Assembly: GCA_963665095.1 (NCBI GenBank)
Contig: OY762069.1
Location: 5,952,001 to 6,016,000, forward strand
Origin: an uncultured Desulfobacter sp.
Lineage (GTDB): Bacteria > Desulfobacterota > Desulfobacteria > Desulfobacterales > Desulfobacteraceae
Length of the DNA: 64,000 bases
Reading direction: 5' to 3'
Shown: positions 50,209-60,254 of the stretch, piece after piece
How positions within the stretch are numbered: the first letter of the stretch is position 1
Layout of the letters: each line of letters begins with the position of its first letter
Made by a program: the position numbers and the translations under genes
The notes under the pieces: model-generated
What the model saw: the letters and a program-made list of their open reading frames with translations, nothing else
The model's database searches: none
Told to the model about the DNA's origin: nothing

Positions 50209-51420
50209 ATGGCAGATAATACGGGGCAACTCAGTGAACTTATCCGACAGGAAGCTGAGAAAATTGAAGCAGATGCCATCCGCTGGCGGCGCCATTTCCA
50301 CCGCCATCCAGAACTCAGTTTTGAAGAATTCGAAACATCGGATTTCATTGCTGAACGATTACTGGAAATGGGATATGAGGTGAAGCGCAAAATTGGCGGG
50401 ACCGGTATCTGTGCCCTGCTCGATACGGGAAAACAGGGTCCGGTGATCGCGTTTCGGGCGGATATGGACGCCCTTCCGCTTCTGGAAGCCACAGGGCTTG
50501 CTTTTGAATCGGAGAGGACCGGTATCATGCACGCCTGCGGCCATGATGCCCATATGGCCATTCTGCTGGGTACCGCAAGGGTTCTTTTCCGGTTAAAGGA
50601 ACATTTTTGCGGCATGGTTAAAATCCTCTTTCAGCCCGGGGAAGAGGCCAACGGCGGTGCCAAGTGCATGATTGACGACGGGGTCTTAACCCGGCCGGAC
50701 GTATCATCGATTTTTGCATTACACATGGTGCCGGAACTGCCCGTGGGCACCATCGGAATCCGCAGCGGCTACCTTTCTGCCACAGATGATATTTTTGTAA
50801 TCCAAATCCAGGGAAGAAATGCGCATTCCTCAGAACCCCAGGAAGGGGTCAATGCCATCGTGATTGCCGCCCATGTCATCACCGCACTCCAATCCATTCA
50901 AACCTGCGACCTGGATCCCTTTGATGTGGCCACCCTGTCGGTCTGCGTGATGCATTCCGGAGAGGCGGAAAATGTCATCCCTGAAAATGCTGAGTTAAAA
51001 GGCATGATCCGGTGTGTTGAAAAAGAGACAAAGATCAAGATGCGCGACCGGATCAAAACAATCGTCTCCCATACTGCCATGGCGCTTAAAGGCAGTGCCC
51101 AGGTCGATTTCATAGATGGATTCCCCGCGGTTTACAATGATCCGGATCTGACGGAAACCGTGATTCATGCCGGCGGCCGGATGCTTGGCTCCCCCGAAGA
51201 TGTTCTCATGATACCCAAGCCCCATATGGGTTCGGAGGATTTTTCCTATTACCAGGAAAAAATTCCGGGCGCCATGTTCATGCTGGGCTGCGGTGTTCCT
51301 GGAGAAGACAGAGGCGCGCTGCATACCAGTACCCTGGATATTGATGAAGACGCACTGCTGAACGGGATCAAGATTTTTTCACAAATCGCGGCGGAACAGC
51401 TGTCCGGGACCCCGGAATAA
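50209..51420 (+). CDS. M20 family amidohydrolase
   Basis: HRHPELSFEE, RADMDALP, MHACGHDAH, FQPGEE, GSEDFS motifs. Confidence 0.93.
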   Translation: MADNTGQLSELIRQEAEKIEADAIRWRRHFHRHPELSFEEFETSDFIAERLLEMGYEVKRKIGGTGICALLDTGKQGPVIAFRADMDALPLLEATGLAFESERTGIMHACGHDAHMAILLGTARVLFRLKEHFCGMVKILFQPGEEANGGAKCMIDDGVLTRPDVSSIFALHMVPELPVGTIGIRSGYLSATDDIFVIQIQGRNAHSSEPQEGVNAIVIAAHVITALQSIQTCDLDPFDVATLSVCVMHSGEAENVIPENAELKGMIRCVEKETKIKMRDRIKTIVSHTAMALKGSAQVDFIDGFPAVYNDPDLTETVIHAGGRMLGSPEDVLMIPKPHMGSEDFSYYQEKIPGAMFMLGCGVPGEDRGALHTSTLDIDEDALLNGIKIFSQIAAEQLSGTPE

Positions 51421-51654
51421 AAAATTACCCTTACGGTTTCGGCCTTGACGCCGGTACAGAAGACGAGGAAAAAACAAGCAAGGGGGGGGGATTCTTTGGT
51501 TGAACGCACCTCAGGGAAATGCACCTCATGCTTGCAATATCTTGCATTCATTTTTTCTGTGTAATAAATTGCAAAATTACTAACAGGCGGCCATGTGTGT
51601 CCAGCGAACATGTTCCGGACACACATGGCCCGCAGACAGCAAGAAAGTCATAAA

Positions 51655-52938
51655 ATGTCCCGGGATTATTTAAACGATATTCTTGAAGAAGTCAGGCCGA
51701 TTCTTGAGGCAAACAGTTCTGCCATGTGCATCCTGGATCACCGCCGGGAAATAGTCTACTCGAACGCCCTGTACGAGCGCATGCTGCGCCGGAAAAAACC
51801 TGAAATCATAGAAGATGCAAAACCCATTGTGACCCGGGACGGTGAAACCTGCGGCACGGTGATCATCTATCACGACCGGTCCGAAATCAACCGCCTCAAA
51901 CGGGAATTAAACCGGCTGAACCGCAAGCTGCGCTCAATCCAGGTAAAATACACCTTTGACGACATTATCGGGAACAGTCCCGAATTTCGGCATACCATCA
52001 AGATTGCCAAAAGTGCGGCCAAAACCCCTGCAAGCATATTGCTGCGGGGGGAAAGCGGTACGGGAAAAGAACTGTTTGCCCATGCCATTCACAACAGCAG
52101 CCCCCGGCGTTATGATAATTTTGTAAAAATCAACTGTGCCGCATTATCTGAATCGCTGCTGGAAACCGAGCTGTTCGGATATTGCCAGGGCGCATTTACC
52201 GGTGCCAGAAGAAGTGGTAAAACCGGCCTGTTTTCCGAAGCCAACAAAGGCACCCTGTTCCTTGATGAGATTGGGGATGTCTCAATGAAAATGCAGACCA
52301 AGCTGCTGCGGGCACTCCAGGAAAAGGAAATCATGCCCGTAGGTGCCACACGGCCAGTGCGAATCGATGTCCGGCTCATCTGCGCCACACACCGGTCTCT
52401 TGAAGAGATGGTCGAACAAAAAAAATTCCGGCATGATCTGTACTACCGGATCAACGTGTTTCCTCTGTTCATTCCACCGCTCAGGAAACGCCTGGATGAC
52501 ATTGGCCCGATTCTTGAATATCTGCTCATCAAATACAATGATATTTACGACCGCAACGTTCAACATATTGATCCCGAGGTCATTCGCCTTTTAAAAAACC
52601 GGGAATGGCACGGCAACGTCCGGGAGCTTGAAAATATTCTTTCCCGGACCTTGTTGTTTATGGACGAAAAGGCAGACCACTTGAGGGCCGCAGATATCTG
52701 CCATGTTCTGGAAACCGACTGTCAACCGGCCAAATATCCTGATCAACCAAAGCAGGCATCCGGCGATCAAGATGCATGGCAGCTTCCGGCAAACCTCTCC
52801 CAGGCCATGCAGGCAACAGAACGTCAATGCATTATCCGGGCTCTGGCACAGGCAGACGGAAATAAAAACAAAGCCGCCCATGAACTGGGAATCCCTTTGC
52901 GGACCCTGTATTTTAAATGCAAGAAACTTGGCGTCTGA
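51655..52938 (+). CDS. Sigma-54-interacting regulator (short PAS-like + AAA + HTH; RocR-like)
   Basis: GESGTGKE, GAFTGA, FLDEIG, W.GNVREL, Fis HTH; no REC domain. Start uncertain. Confidence 0.9.
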   Translation: MSRDYLNDILEEVRPILEANSSAMCILDHRREIVYSNALYERMLRRKKPEIIEDAKPIVTRDGETCGTVIIYHDRSEINRLKRELNRLNRKLRSIQVKYTFDDIIGNSPEFRHTIKIAKSAAKTPASILLRGESGTGKELFAHAIHNSSPRRYDNFVKINCAALSESLLETELFGYCQGAFTGARRSGKTGLFSEANKGTLFLDEIGDVSMKMQTKLLRALQEKEIMPVGATRPVRIDVRLICATHRSLEEMVEQKKFRHDLYYRINVFPLFIPPLRKRLDDIGPILEYLLIKYNDIYDRNVQHIDPEVIRLLKNREWHGNVRELENILSRTLLFMDEKADHLRAADICHVLETDCQPAKYPDQPKQASGDQDAWQLPANLSQAMQATERQCIIRALAQADGNKNKAAHELGIPLRTLYFKCKKLGV

Positions 52939-52994
52939 TTCCCCACTGCTATTTGTATACATCATCAAGCCGATTCCGGCCTTGGCAAAGGTGA

Positions 52995-53470
52995 TTAAAA
53001 ATAAAAACGGACTGAACCGCTGCACTCCCCGTGAAGATGCATCAGGCAGCTGCGGACGGGCGGATGCATGGTAAAAGGCATCTTGAGGGTGTCCAACCAG
53101 CTTTCGATACGGTAAAGAACGCCACATTCATATTTACCCGCCACACCGAGACGGCACATTCCCTTATAGGCAAAGCAATTCCCTTTTTCCATTTCCCAGT
53201 GAAGCACGTTTCTTTCCTCAAGGCTGAATTTTGCCCGCATGAAATCTGCCAGAACAATATCAAAAGCCTGTTTAAGAAATTTGGACAATGTATCAAAGGA
53301 TTCAAACGTATCCGTCTCCACTCCGAGGATCTGCTTCAGGCGTGAGACTTCTACAGCAGACATGGATCTAATGGCAGCCCGGTTAAGGGCATTGGTCTTT
53401 TCAATGCCAAGGGTTTTAAAGCAGTGGAGGAACCACATGGCATCGTGGGTTATCCACCCTTTGCTGACCA
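52995..53470 (-). pseudogene. DUF6125-like protein, 5' end cut by the repeat junction
   Basis: KGW.THDAMWF...G...N..N..A and Cys-rich CFAY.G..R.G....Y.CG motifs. The only in-frame ATG (53492) lies inside the repeat. Confidence 0.6.
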
Positions 53471-53562
53471 AAATCAGCGACACCGAGGCCATGTATTGGA
53501 TTGAGAATATTTACCGGTAAAAGTTTGAAAGGGGATTGGGATTATCCAATCCCCTTTTGAGG

Positions 53563-54088
53563 TCAAAAATTATGATCTTCTTCCAATGCCTGTTTTAGGG
53601 GACAAGCTTCTTTTTGGTCCTGGCCATGACGATATGTTTCCAACACTTCTATTGCCCACAAGGGTTGCATGGGTGGTTATGATTTTTCCAAGGTGTCGTG
53701 CCTCTTTTTCATACCTGGGATGGAAATTCAAAAACTTGATGATCTGATCATTAAATTCCTGTGTATAGGCGGTTTGCTTATCCCGTCTTCGTACCAGTTC
53801 CCGCTTCCGCTCATTAGCATAGGCCGGTGTTGACCTCTTAGCAGCCACTTCCTGTTTTGCGGACAGGATATTGTCAGCGAGGGCCCATATGCCTTTTGAA
53901 ATCATCCGTCTGCGGTATTTTACCTGGACCACCCATACGGAGCCCTTTAACTTTACTCGCCTTGTAACCGCAGCATCCCCTGCTGGCAAAAAAGCCCACC
54001 CTTCAGGTGGTGTCAGTTTTTTCCCTGATTCAGAATATAGTGTTCCTTCTGTAGGCCCAGGAGAAACACTTAAATGCTGATGTACCAT
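53563..54088 (-). pseudogene. DUF2293 copy 2, inactivated by a 161-bp deletion and frameshift
   Basis: Nearly identical to copy 1 up to ITTHAT, then out of frame. Confidence 0.85.
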
Positions 54089-54105
54089 TCACTATACCTT
54101 AATAA

Positions 54106-54415
54106 TCATTTAAGTTTATGAGAATACCGTTTTGAATTGGGATAATCGACTCTCTCCTTCAATTCTTTTCCCGGCTTGAAAAAAAGGGAGCCTTTTGGTG
54201 GGAACCATAACCTTTTTCCCAGTCTTGGGATTTCTGCCAGTGTAACTGGCGTATTCTTTGATGGAAAAAGAACACAGGCCACGAATCTCAATCCGGTCAC
54301 CTTTAACCATGATCTCAGTGGGGCTATCGAAAAAGAGCTTCACCATGTCGGTGGATTCCTGTTTGGTCAGCCCAGTTCTATCTTTGATTGCCTAAATTAG
54401 TTCAAGTTTGTTCAT
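54106..54415 (-). pseudogene. IHF/HU copy 2 with a premature stop plus the same frameshift
   Basis: CAG->TAG at codon 8 (cctaaattag vs cctgaattag) and the shared A7 run. Confidence 0.85.
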
Positions 54416-54952
54416 ACCCATTGCTCCCGTCATTATTTTTAGCGGGCAACATGTTTAGCTGGTTCTTTGAATTTTATCAAGTGGCAAAACTAAGCAACTT
54501 ATTGAAATACAATTATATATAAAATTTGGATTTTATTTTACAAGATTTCAAAGGAAATTGGGGAAGGGCCAATCCCAACAATTGAAACGCCAGTGCCCCT
54601 GGCCTTTCTCGGAACAATAGCGACTGGTCATAGACAGAATGCTTGCCTCTTTCGATGTTCAATTAGAGGCAGGAGTATAATATATTAAATTTACTGGTGG
54701 CGTTTCCGGGCTGACACAATATATGGTGGCCGGGGATTTTTTGAAAAAGTGTTCAATCATACCCTAAGTGCTTGGTTTTGCTTTTTTGGGGGAATCAGTG
54801 ATACAAGAAAATTTTAACTTTGATCAACTTCATAAAGGGTTGACCGGATTATCAAATTTTCTTAATAGGAAATGGATAGGTTGTATGAAATATTTTCGTA
54901 TTAGTGCTAAGATCTTTTTTTACCATCAAGCAGTTTGAAAGGAAATAGATTC

Positions 54953-56062
54953 GTGATAAACGAAATATATATTGATAATTTTAGGTGTTTAACAAATTTC
55001 CAAATTAAACCGGGTGATTTTCAGCTTTGGTTAGGGGAAAATGGTTCTGGTAAAACTTCTGTACGACATGCATTGCACTGTATTCAGCGTCTAATGAAGG
55101 GTGAGCATGTAGAAGATATTTTTAGTAAAGATACTCTAACACGGTGGGATAGACGGCAGGAACAGAGGATCGGGTTCTCTCTATTAATAGATGGTGATGT
55201 ATACAAGTACGAATTAACAATTGAATATGCAAATCAGGAAGATAAACAGCGTATTAAGCAAGAAAAGTTAATTTGGAAAGACTCAACTTTTTTTCTATTT
55301 GATGGACAGGAAGCGCATCTCTATCGTATTAACCGGCAGACAAAGGTCATAGAAGAGGGGGCCATCTTTCCTGCCAACTGGGGGCGTTCTGTGATTCCGA
55401 CAATTGCGCAACGGGACGATAATAAACCGTTGATTCATTTTAGGGAAGAATTTGAAAAAATTCTGTTACTTCAACCGATTCCTCAAATGGTAAAGGCGGC
55501 TGCCACAATCGAGTCAAGAAGTCTATCGGAACATGCTAAAAATTTTGCCCAATGGTACCGGCATCTTTTACAGGAACAGCCATCAATTGGTTATGGAGCC
55601 AAAAAACTTTTAGAAGATGTCCTTCCGGGTTTTGAACAGTTGAGCTTGAGGGATTTCGGGGAATCCCGAAAACTAATGGCTACATTCAGAATCGATAACA
55701 AAGATCATGATTTTGATTTCATGAACATTTCTGATGGTCAGCGTCAATTGATAATTTTGTATACTGTTTTAGAAGCATTACGCGCTGGAATATTTTCAAC
55801 ACTAATAATAGACGAACCGGATAACTTCGTTTCATTGCGTGAAATCCAGCCTTGGCTTGAAAATCTAAACGATATCTGTGAAGAACAGAATCGGCAAGCA
55901 CTACTTATTTCGCATCACCCTGAAATTATAAATAAGATGGCGCGGGGAACAGAACTTTGGTTCTCCAGAAAGAATGGATCACATGTAATTGTAGATTCGT
56001 TTCCCGAAGTACCTGATTTGACCCCAGCAGAGGTTATGGTACGGGGATGGGAAAATGAGTAA
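54953..56062 (+). CDS. ABC/SMC-like ATPase (AAA_21/AAA_15 type)
   Basis: I..IYIDNFRCL, Walker A GENGSGKT, signature ISDGQ, Walker B LIIDEPDN, H-loop ISHHP. GTG 54953 follows AAGGA. Confidence 0.9.
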   Translation: MINEIYIDNFRCLTNFQIKPGDFQLWLGENGSGKTSVRHALHCIQRLMKGEHVEDIFSKDTLTRWDRRQEQRIGFSLLIDGDVYKYELTIEYANQEDKQRIKQEKLIWKDSTFFLFDGQEAHLYRINRQTKVIEEGAIFPANWGRSVIPTIAQRDDNKPLIHFREEFEKILLLQPIPQMVKAAATIESRSLSEHAKNFAQWYRHLLQEQPSIGYGAKKLLEDVLPGFEQLSLRDFGESRKLMATFRIDNKDHDFDFMNISDGQRQLIILYTVLEALRAGIFSTLIIDEPDNFVSLREIQPWLENLNDICEEQNRQALLISHHPEIINKMARGTELWFSRKNGSHVIVDSFPEVPDLTPAEVMVRGWENE

Positions 56063-56603
56063 AGCATCTAAAATAATTGTCCTCTGTGAAGATAATGCCC
56101 ACGCAATGTTTGCACGACGTTTTTTAAAAAAATGGGGTGTGGACAATCGTAAATACACTGTACTGGATTATCCAAATGGCGAGGGGTCAGGCAAAAAATT
56201 TGTGAAGGAAACCCTTCCCAAAGAGGTCAAAGCGTTGCGTAGTAGACATGCATCTACAATTTTGTTGGTTGTTCTGGATGCTGATGAGTTTTCTGTTGAT
56301 GAGGTAAAATATGAATTAGATGAAATAGTTGTGCCGCACAGAGGGGATGAAGAACAAATAATATATATCATCCCTAAATGGCATGTTGAAACATGGATAG
56401 CTTATCTTCATGGAGAAGAAGTTGATGAAGAGGAAAAACAAGCGTACAAAACAAAATTTGGTAAGATGGCTGAACTCAAGTCTGTACATCCATTCATAGA
56501 CAGCTTGGTATCTCAATGTAAAAACAGGGCTCCACTTAGCTCGCCACCCAGTTCCCTTATAGTGACCTGCGGTGAATTTGAACGAATCCGGGATATGCTG
56601 TGA
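56055..56603 (+). CDS. Small TOPRIM-like protein, translationally coupled to the ATPase
   Basis: IIVLCED (conserved Glu), VVLDAD (DxD), IP...ETW; 8-nt overlap with the ATPase gene. Confidence 0.7.
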   Translation: MSKASKIIVLCEDNAHAMFARRFLKKWGVDNRKYTVLDYPNGEGSGKKFVKETLPKEVKALRSRHASTILLVVLDADEFSVDEVKYELDEIVVPHRGDEEQIIYIIPKWHVETWIAYLHGEEVDEEEKQAYKTKFGKMAELKSVHPFIDSLVSQCKNRAPLSSPPSSLIVTCGEFERIRDML

Positions 56604-57018
56604 TGATTCTATGATCTTGATCAATTTTTTCTGAATTATACCCTATAAAAAATATAAAAAATTGATTTCGATTTGCCATCTTATACCTGTTTACTTTGTC
56701 TATTAGTCCTGTTTTTTTTGTAAAACGGTTCACCCCTATATGTTGTGCCTGCTTTGAAAAGCCCAGAATCAATTTAATAGAACAGATTATTGAATCAAAA
56801 ATATGAAGTGACTACTAAGCCGCAGCTATAGTGAGGACTTCTTGGGCTTCGCCCCGACCTTGTAGCCCCATGCCGCATTCACAATGCGGACATTCTGCTT
56901 TGGATCAGGAAAATCACGGATGCAGGCCTTGCTGTCTATTAATTGCAGTATCTAACTCTTTGATACAAATTTTAAACATATCTTTTTCTATCGTTAAAAT
57001 TTCAGAAAAAAAGGAACT

Positions 57019-57165
57019 GTGTTAACCTCTGAGGTGCTTGAGCAAGCCCAGGATCTCTTGAATGAGGGGCAGCCAAGAAACGATATTGCGCAAAAACTTG
57101 ATGTAAAGCCGGACACCCTGCGCAAGGCCATTAATGACGGCCGCCTTCAAGAATTGAAAAAACCT
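57019..57165 (+). mobile_element. Probable remnant of an IS HTH/transposase ORF
   Basis: LT.EVL..AQ.LL.EG..R..IA..L.VK.DTLRKAI..GRL HTH segment ending in an A-run; flanks appear non-coding. Confidence 0.45.
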
Positions 57166-57342
57166 GCAAAAATAACTGTTAAATCATCTCGGATATTCAT
57201 AATTACAGCCAAACGACAATTGAAATTCCCGAAATCTGAGAATCAAAAAAAAGGTATAAACAGTCAAATTGAACGGAAGGACCCGGACAGCATGCTGCAG
57301 ATGCAATGCGCTGTCTGGAGAAAGGTTTTACATATACAAATC

Positions 57343-58593
57343 TCAGCATTTTTGCAGGATCATCACTGAACAGGCAGCTTCCTCAAAACCAATGAGCCCC
57401 CCGCCGTTTTCCTGCAGGGCCCATTCAGCGCCTTTTACCTGGCGCTGGCCTGATTCGCCCCGAAGCTGGGTCACCAGTTCATAAATCATGGATAGTCCTG
57501 TCGCCCCTACCGGATGACCTTTTGATACCAGTCCCCCAGAGGTGTTGACAGGTATTTTTCCTTCAAGTGTGGTGGCCCCTGATTCGACAAACGGTCCTCC
57601 TTTACCTTCAGGGCAGAAACCAAGCATTTCCGTCTGATAAATTTCACAAAATGCGGTTGCATCATGGACCTCTGCCACATCAATATCATGGGGTGTGATG
57701 CCGGCCATGGCATAGGCCTTGTCCGCAGCAATTCTGCTCAGGCTCGGCTCATCAAACGAACGATATTTTCCGCCGGTAAAAACTGAGGCGCTGATTCGGA
57801 CAGCCCTGTCCCGAACCGGACCGGGTAAATCGGCCAATGCTTTTTTTGAACAGACGATAGCTGCTGCAGCACCGTCTCCAATGGGAGCACACATGCCACG
57901 GGTCAGAGGATAGCTCACCTCCCGGTCTTCAAGAACCTGGTCGGTTGTTTGGGTGAATCGGTATTGGGCTTTGGGGTTTAAGGCGCCGAAGTTATGGTTT
58001 TTCGCCGCGCCAGACGCAATCTGTCGGCGAGTGGTGCCGTATTTCCACATATGATACCTGGCCTGCATGGCGTAGGTATCCATGAACAGGGTCCTGTTGG
58101 GTCCTGTTTCAAAGGGTCTGCCGATCTGTTCACCCGCACGCCGATAGTGATCCAGGGTAGCCTGGGGGGAGAACCTGTCCATGCCTTCTTCAAACCCGTT
58201 GATCATTCCCTGTGGGTCATCCGGGATAAAAAGTTTTTCAACCCCTATAGCCAGAACGAGATTGGACTGACCGCTCAACACGTCCTTCCAGGCAGAATGC
58301 AGTGCCATAGAGGCTGTGGCGCATGCCCCTTCAACATTAATTATGGGCACCCGTTCAGGAAACAGTTTTTTTTCCACCAGGGGCAGAAAGCAGGCCTGCC
58401 CCCGGATCAGTGGCTGTCCTGCGGCATGCATCCGGCAGTTGCCGAAATAGGCAAAATCAATGGCATCCCCATTGTCCAGACCGGCGTCCACCAAGACGTT
58501 TATATAGGCTTCCGTCACCAAATCCCGGAAGCTTTTATCGGGAAATTTGCCAAAATCAGTGGTATAGGTACCAATAATATACACGGGTTCCAT
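57343..58593 (-). CDS. Thiolase family protein (SCP2-thiolase-like)
   Basis: NVEGACATAS, EVHDA, SGGL.SKGHPVGATG, ENGGG motifs. Confidence 0.9.
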   Translation of the reverse strand: MEPVYIIGTYTTDFGKFPDKSFRDLVTEAYINVLVDAGLDNGDAIDFAYFGNCRMHAAGQPLIRGQACFLPLVEKKLFPERVPIINVEGACATASMALHSAWKDVLSGQSNLVLAIGVEKLFIPDDPQGMINGFEEGMDRFSPQATLDHYRRAGEQIGRPFETGPNRTLFMDTYAMQARYHMWKYGTTRRQIASGAAKNHNFGALNPKAQYRFTQTTDQVLEDREVSYPLTRGMCAPIGDGAAAAIVCSKKALADLPGPVRDRAVRISASVFTGGKYRSFDEPSLSRIAADKAYAMAGITPHDIDVAEVHDATAFCEIYQTEMLGFCPEGKGGPFVESGATTLEGKIPVNTSGGLVSKGHPVGATGLSMIYELVTQLRGESGQRQVKGAEWALQENGGGLIGFEEAACSVMILQKC

Positions 58594-58621
58594 ATCTGGT
58601 CTTCTGCCTCTTCAGTATTTG

Positions 58622-60196
58622 TTAAATAACCATCCTGTCTTTGCCTTCCCAGTATTGGGCGCGAATCTTCTTTTTATCCATTTTACCCAGATTGGTCAGA
58701 GGAATCTCTTTGCGAAATTCTATTTTTTTGGGTGCCAGCAAACTGCCTTTTCTTTCCTTCACAAAGTCGATAAGCGCTTTTTCTTCGACGGTTTGCCCGG
58801 CATGAATCTCAACTATCGCCAACACCTGTTCACCCCATTTTTCGTGGGGAATACCAATAACGGCTACATTTTTTACAGCCGGGTGCTCGAAAAGCACATT
58901 TTCAATCTCCCTGGGGAAGATATTGAATCCGCCGCTGACAATCATGTCTTTTTTCCGATCTACAATGTAAAGAAGCCCGGTCTCGTCCATGCGGCCGATA
59001 TCGCCGGTATGCAGCCACCCGTCCTTGAGCGTTTCTGCCGTTGCTTCCGGATTCTTGTAATAACCGTCCATAACATTGGCACACCGGGTCAGAATTTCTC
59101 CGGTTTCCCCGGTTTTGACCTCACTGCCGTTTTCGTCCACCAGTTTAATCCGGGTTTGAATTGTCGGCCGGCCGGCAGATCCCAATACCTGCATTTCCCT
59201 TTCAGGGTCCTTGACCACGTGTTCCTGTCGTGGCAATGCACTTATGGCCATGGGCGCCTCGGTCTGGCCAAAAAGCTGGGTGAAAATCGGACCAAAGGCA
59301 TGTATCGCCTGTTTGAGCCGGTCCGGGCCAATGGCAGAGGCGCCGTAAATAACATTTTTAAGGCTTGATGTATCATACTGCTCACGTTCGGGCAGATCCA
59401 GGATCAGATAGATCATGGTGGGAACCAGGAAGGTTGCCGTGATGCGTTCTTTTTCCACTGTCTGAAGAAAATGAGCAGGGTCAAAATGGTCCAGGATCAC
59501 ACATTTTCCCCTGCGTAAAAGTACGGGTAAAATCAGGGTTCCTCCGCCATGGGTTAAGGGCGTGACAAAGGTAAACACCTCCTGTCTGGCCATGTCAAAT
59601 TCAAGGGCTTGAATCAGGACAGTATAAACCCATGCCCTGTGGGACAGCATGACACCCTTGGGGCGTCCCGTGGTTCCACCGGTAAAATAAATCGCCAAAA
59701 GGTCTTTGGACGTGATATTGACTTGAACGGGGGCGGGCGGATAGCTGCGGATCAGGTGTCTGAGATCATGGTGACCCTCCGGGACCGTTTCCGGTTGCTC
59801 ACTGACACATATAAAATGGGTGACAGTCTCAAGACGGGAAACCATTTCCATAAGTCGCCCAGTCATTTTCTCGTGGTAAATTAATGCCTTGCATTCAGTC
59901 AGGTTCATCATGTAAATGTGATCTTCCGCTCCCAGCAGCACGGCCAAAGGAGTTCGGACGCAGCCGCATTTGGCCAGCGCGTATTCGCAAAAAATGTAAT
60001 CCGGGCAGTTGGGCATTAACAATGCCACCTTATCCCCTTTTTTAAGGCCAAGGTCCTGAAAGGCGGAAGCCAGGCGAAGGCTTTTATCGCCAATTTGACC
60101 ATATGAAAAGGAGTGGTCTCCATAGATAATGGCGGTATCATTGCAATAAAATTGAACACATCGGTCATACAGGTCGTTTACGGTTAATGAAATCAC
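58622..60196 (-). CDS. Acyl/aryl-CoA synthetase (AMP-binding)
   Basis: FTGGTTGRPKG, FGQTE, HTGDIG, DRKKDMI, GK.DKK motifs; GTG start after GGAGG. Confidence 0.92.
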   Translation of the reverse strand: MISLTVNDLYDRCVQFYCNDTAIIYGDHSFSYGQIGDKSLRLASAFQDLGLKKGDKVALLMPNCPDYIFCEYALAKCGCVRTPLAVLLGAEDHIYMMNLTECKALIYHEKMTGRLMEMVSRLETVTHFICVSEQPETVPEGHHDLRHLIRSYPPAPVQVNITSKDLLAIYFTGGTTGRPKGVMLSHRAWVYTVLIQALEFDMARQEVFTFVTPLTHGGGTLILPVLLRRGKCVILDHFDPAHFLQTVEKERITATFLVPTMIYLILDLPEREQYDTSSLKNVIYGASAIGPDRLKQAIHAFGPIFTQLFGQTEAPMAISALPRQEHVVKDPEREMQVLGSAGRPTIQTRIKLVDENGSEVKTGETGEILTRCANVMDGYYKNPEATAETLKDGWLHTGDIGRMDETGLLYIVDRKKDMIVSGGFNIFPREIENVLFEHPAVKNVAVIGIPHEKWGEQVLAIVEIHAGQTVEEKALIDFVKERKGSLLAPKKIEFRKEIPLTNLGKMDKKKIRAQYWEGKDRMVI

Positions 60197-60254
60197 TATT
60201 CCCTCCTATAAAAAATAAGACAACATCAAAGTTGGATAAAGACCATGGGCGTGC

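Larger units (their letters stand above)
53471..54491 (+). repeat. Direct repeat copy 2 (1021 bp)
   Basis: Matches 46969-48150 apart from a 161-bp deletion (equivalent to 47153-47313) and a few substitutions. Confidence 0.95.

Noticed and set aside
49098..51490. C9 (49098-49106) and G9 (51482-51490) homopolymers as phase-variation switches
   Set aside because: One lies in a dead pseudogene and the other is intergenic with no demonstrable promoter position; variation cannot be seen from a single sequence.
54500..56700. Complete retron system
   Set aside because: No reverse transcriptase (YADD-type motif) anywhere in the window.
56810..56900. Minus-strand CPHCEC peptide with small hairpins
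   Set aside because: Possibly the end of a mobile-element gene, but too short to assign.
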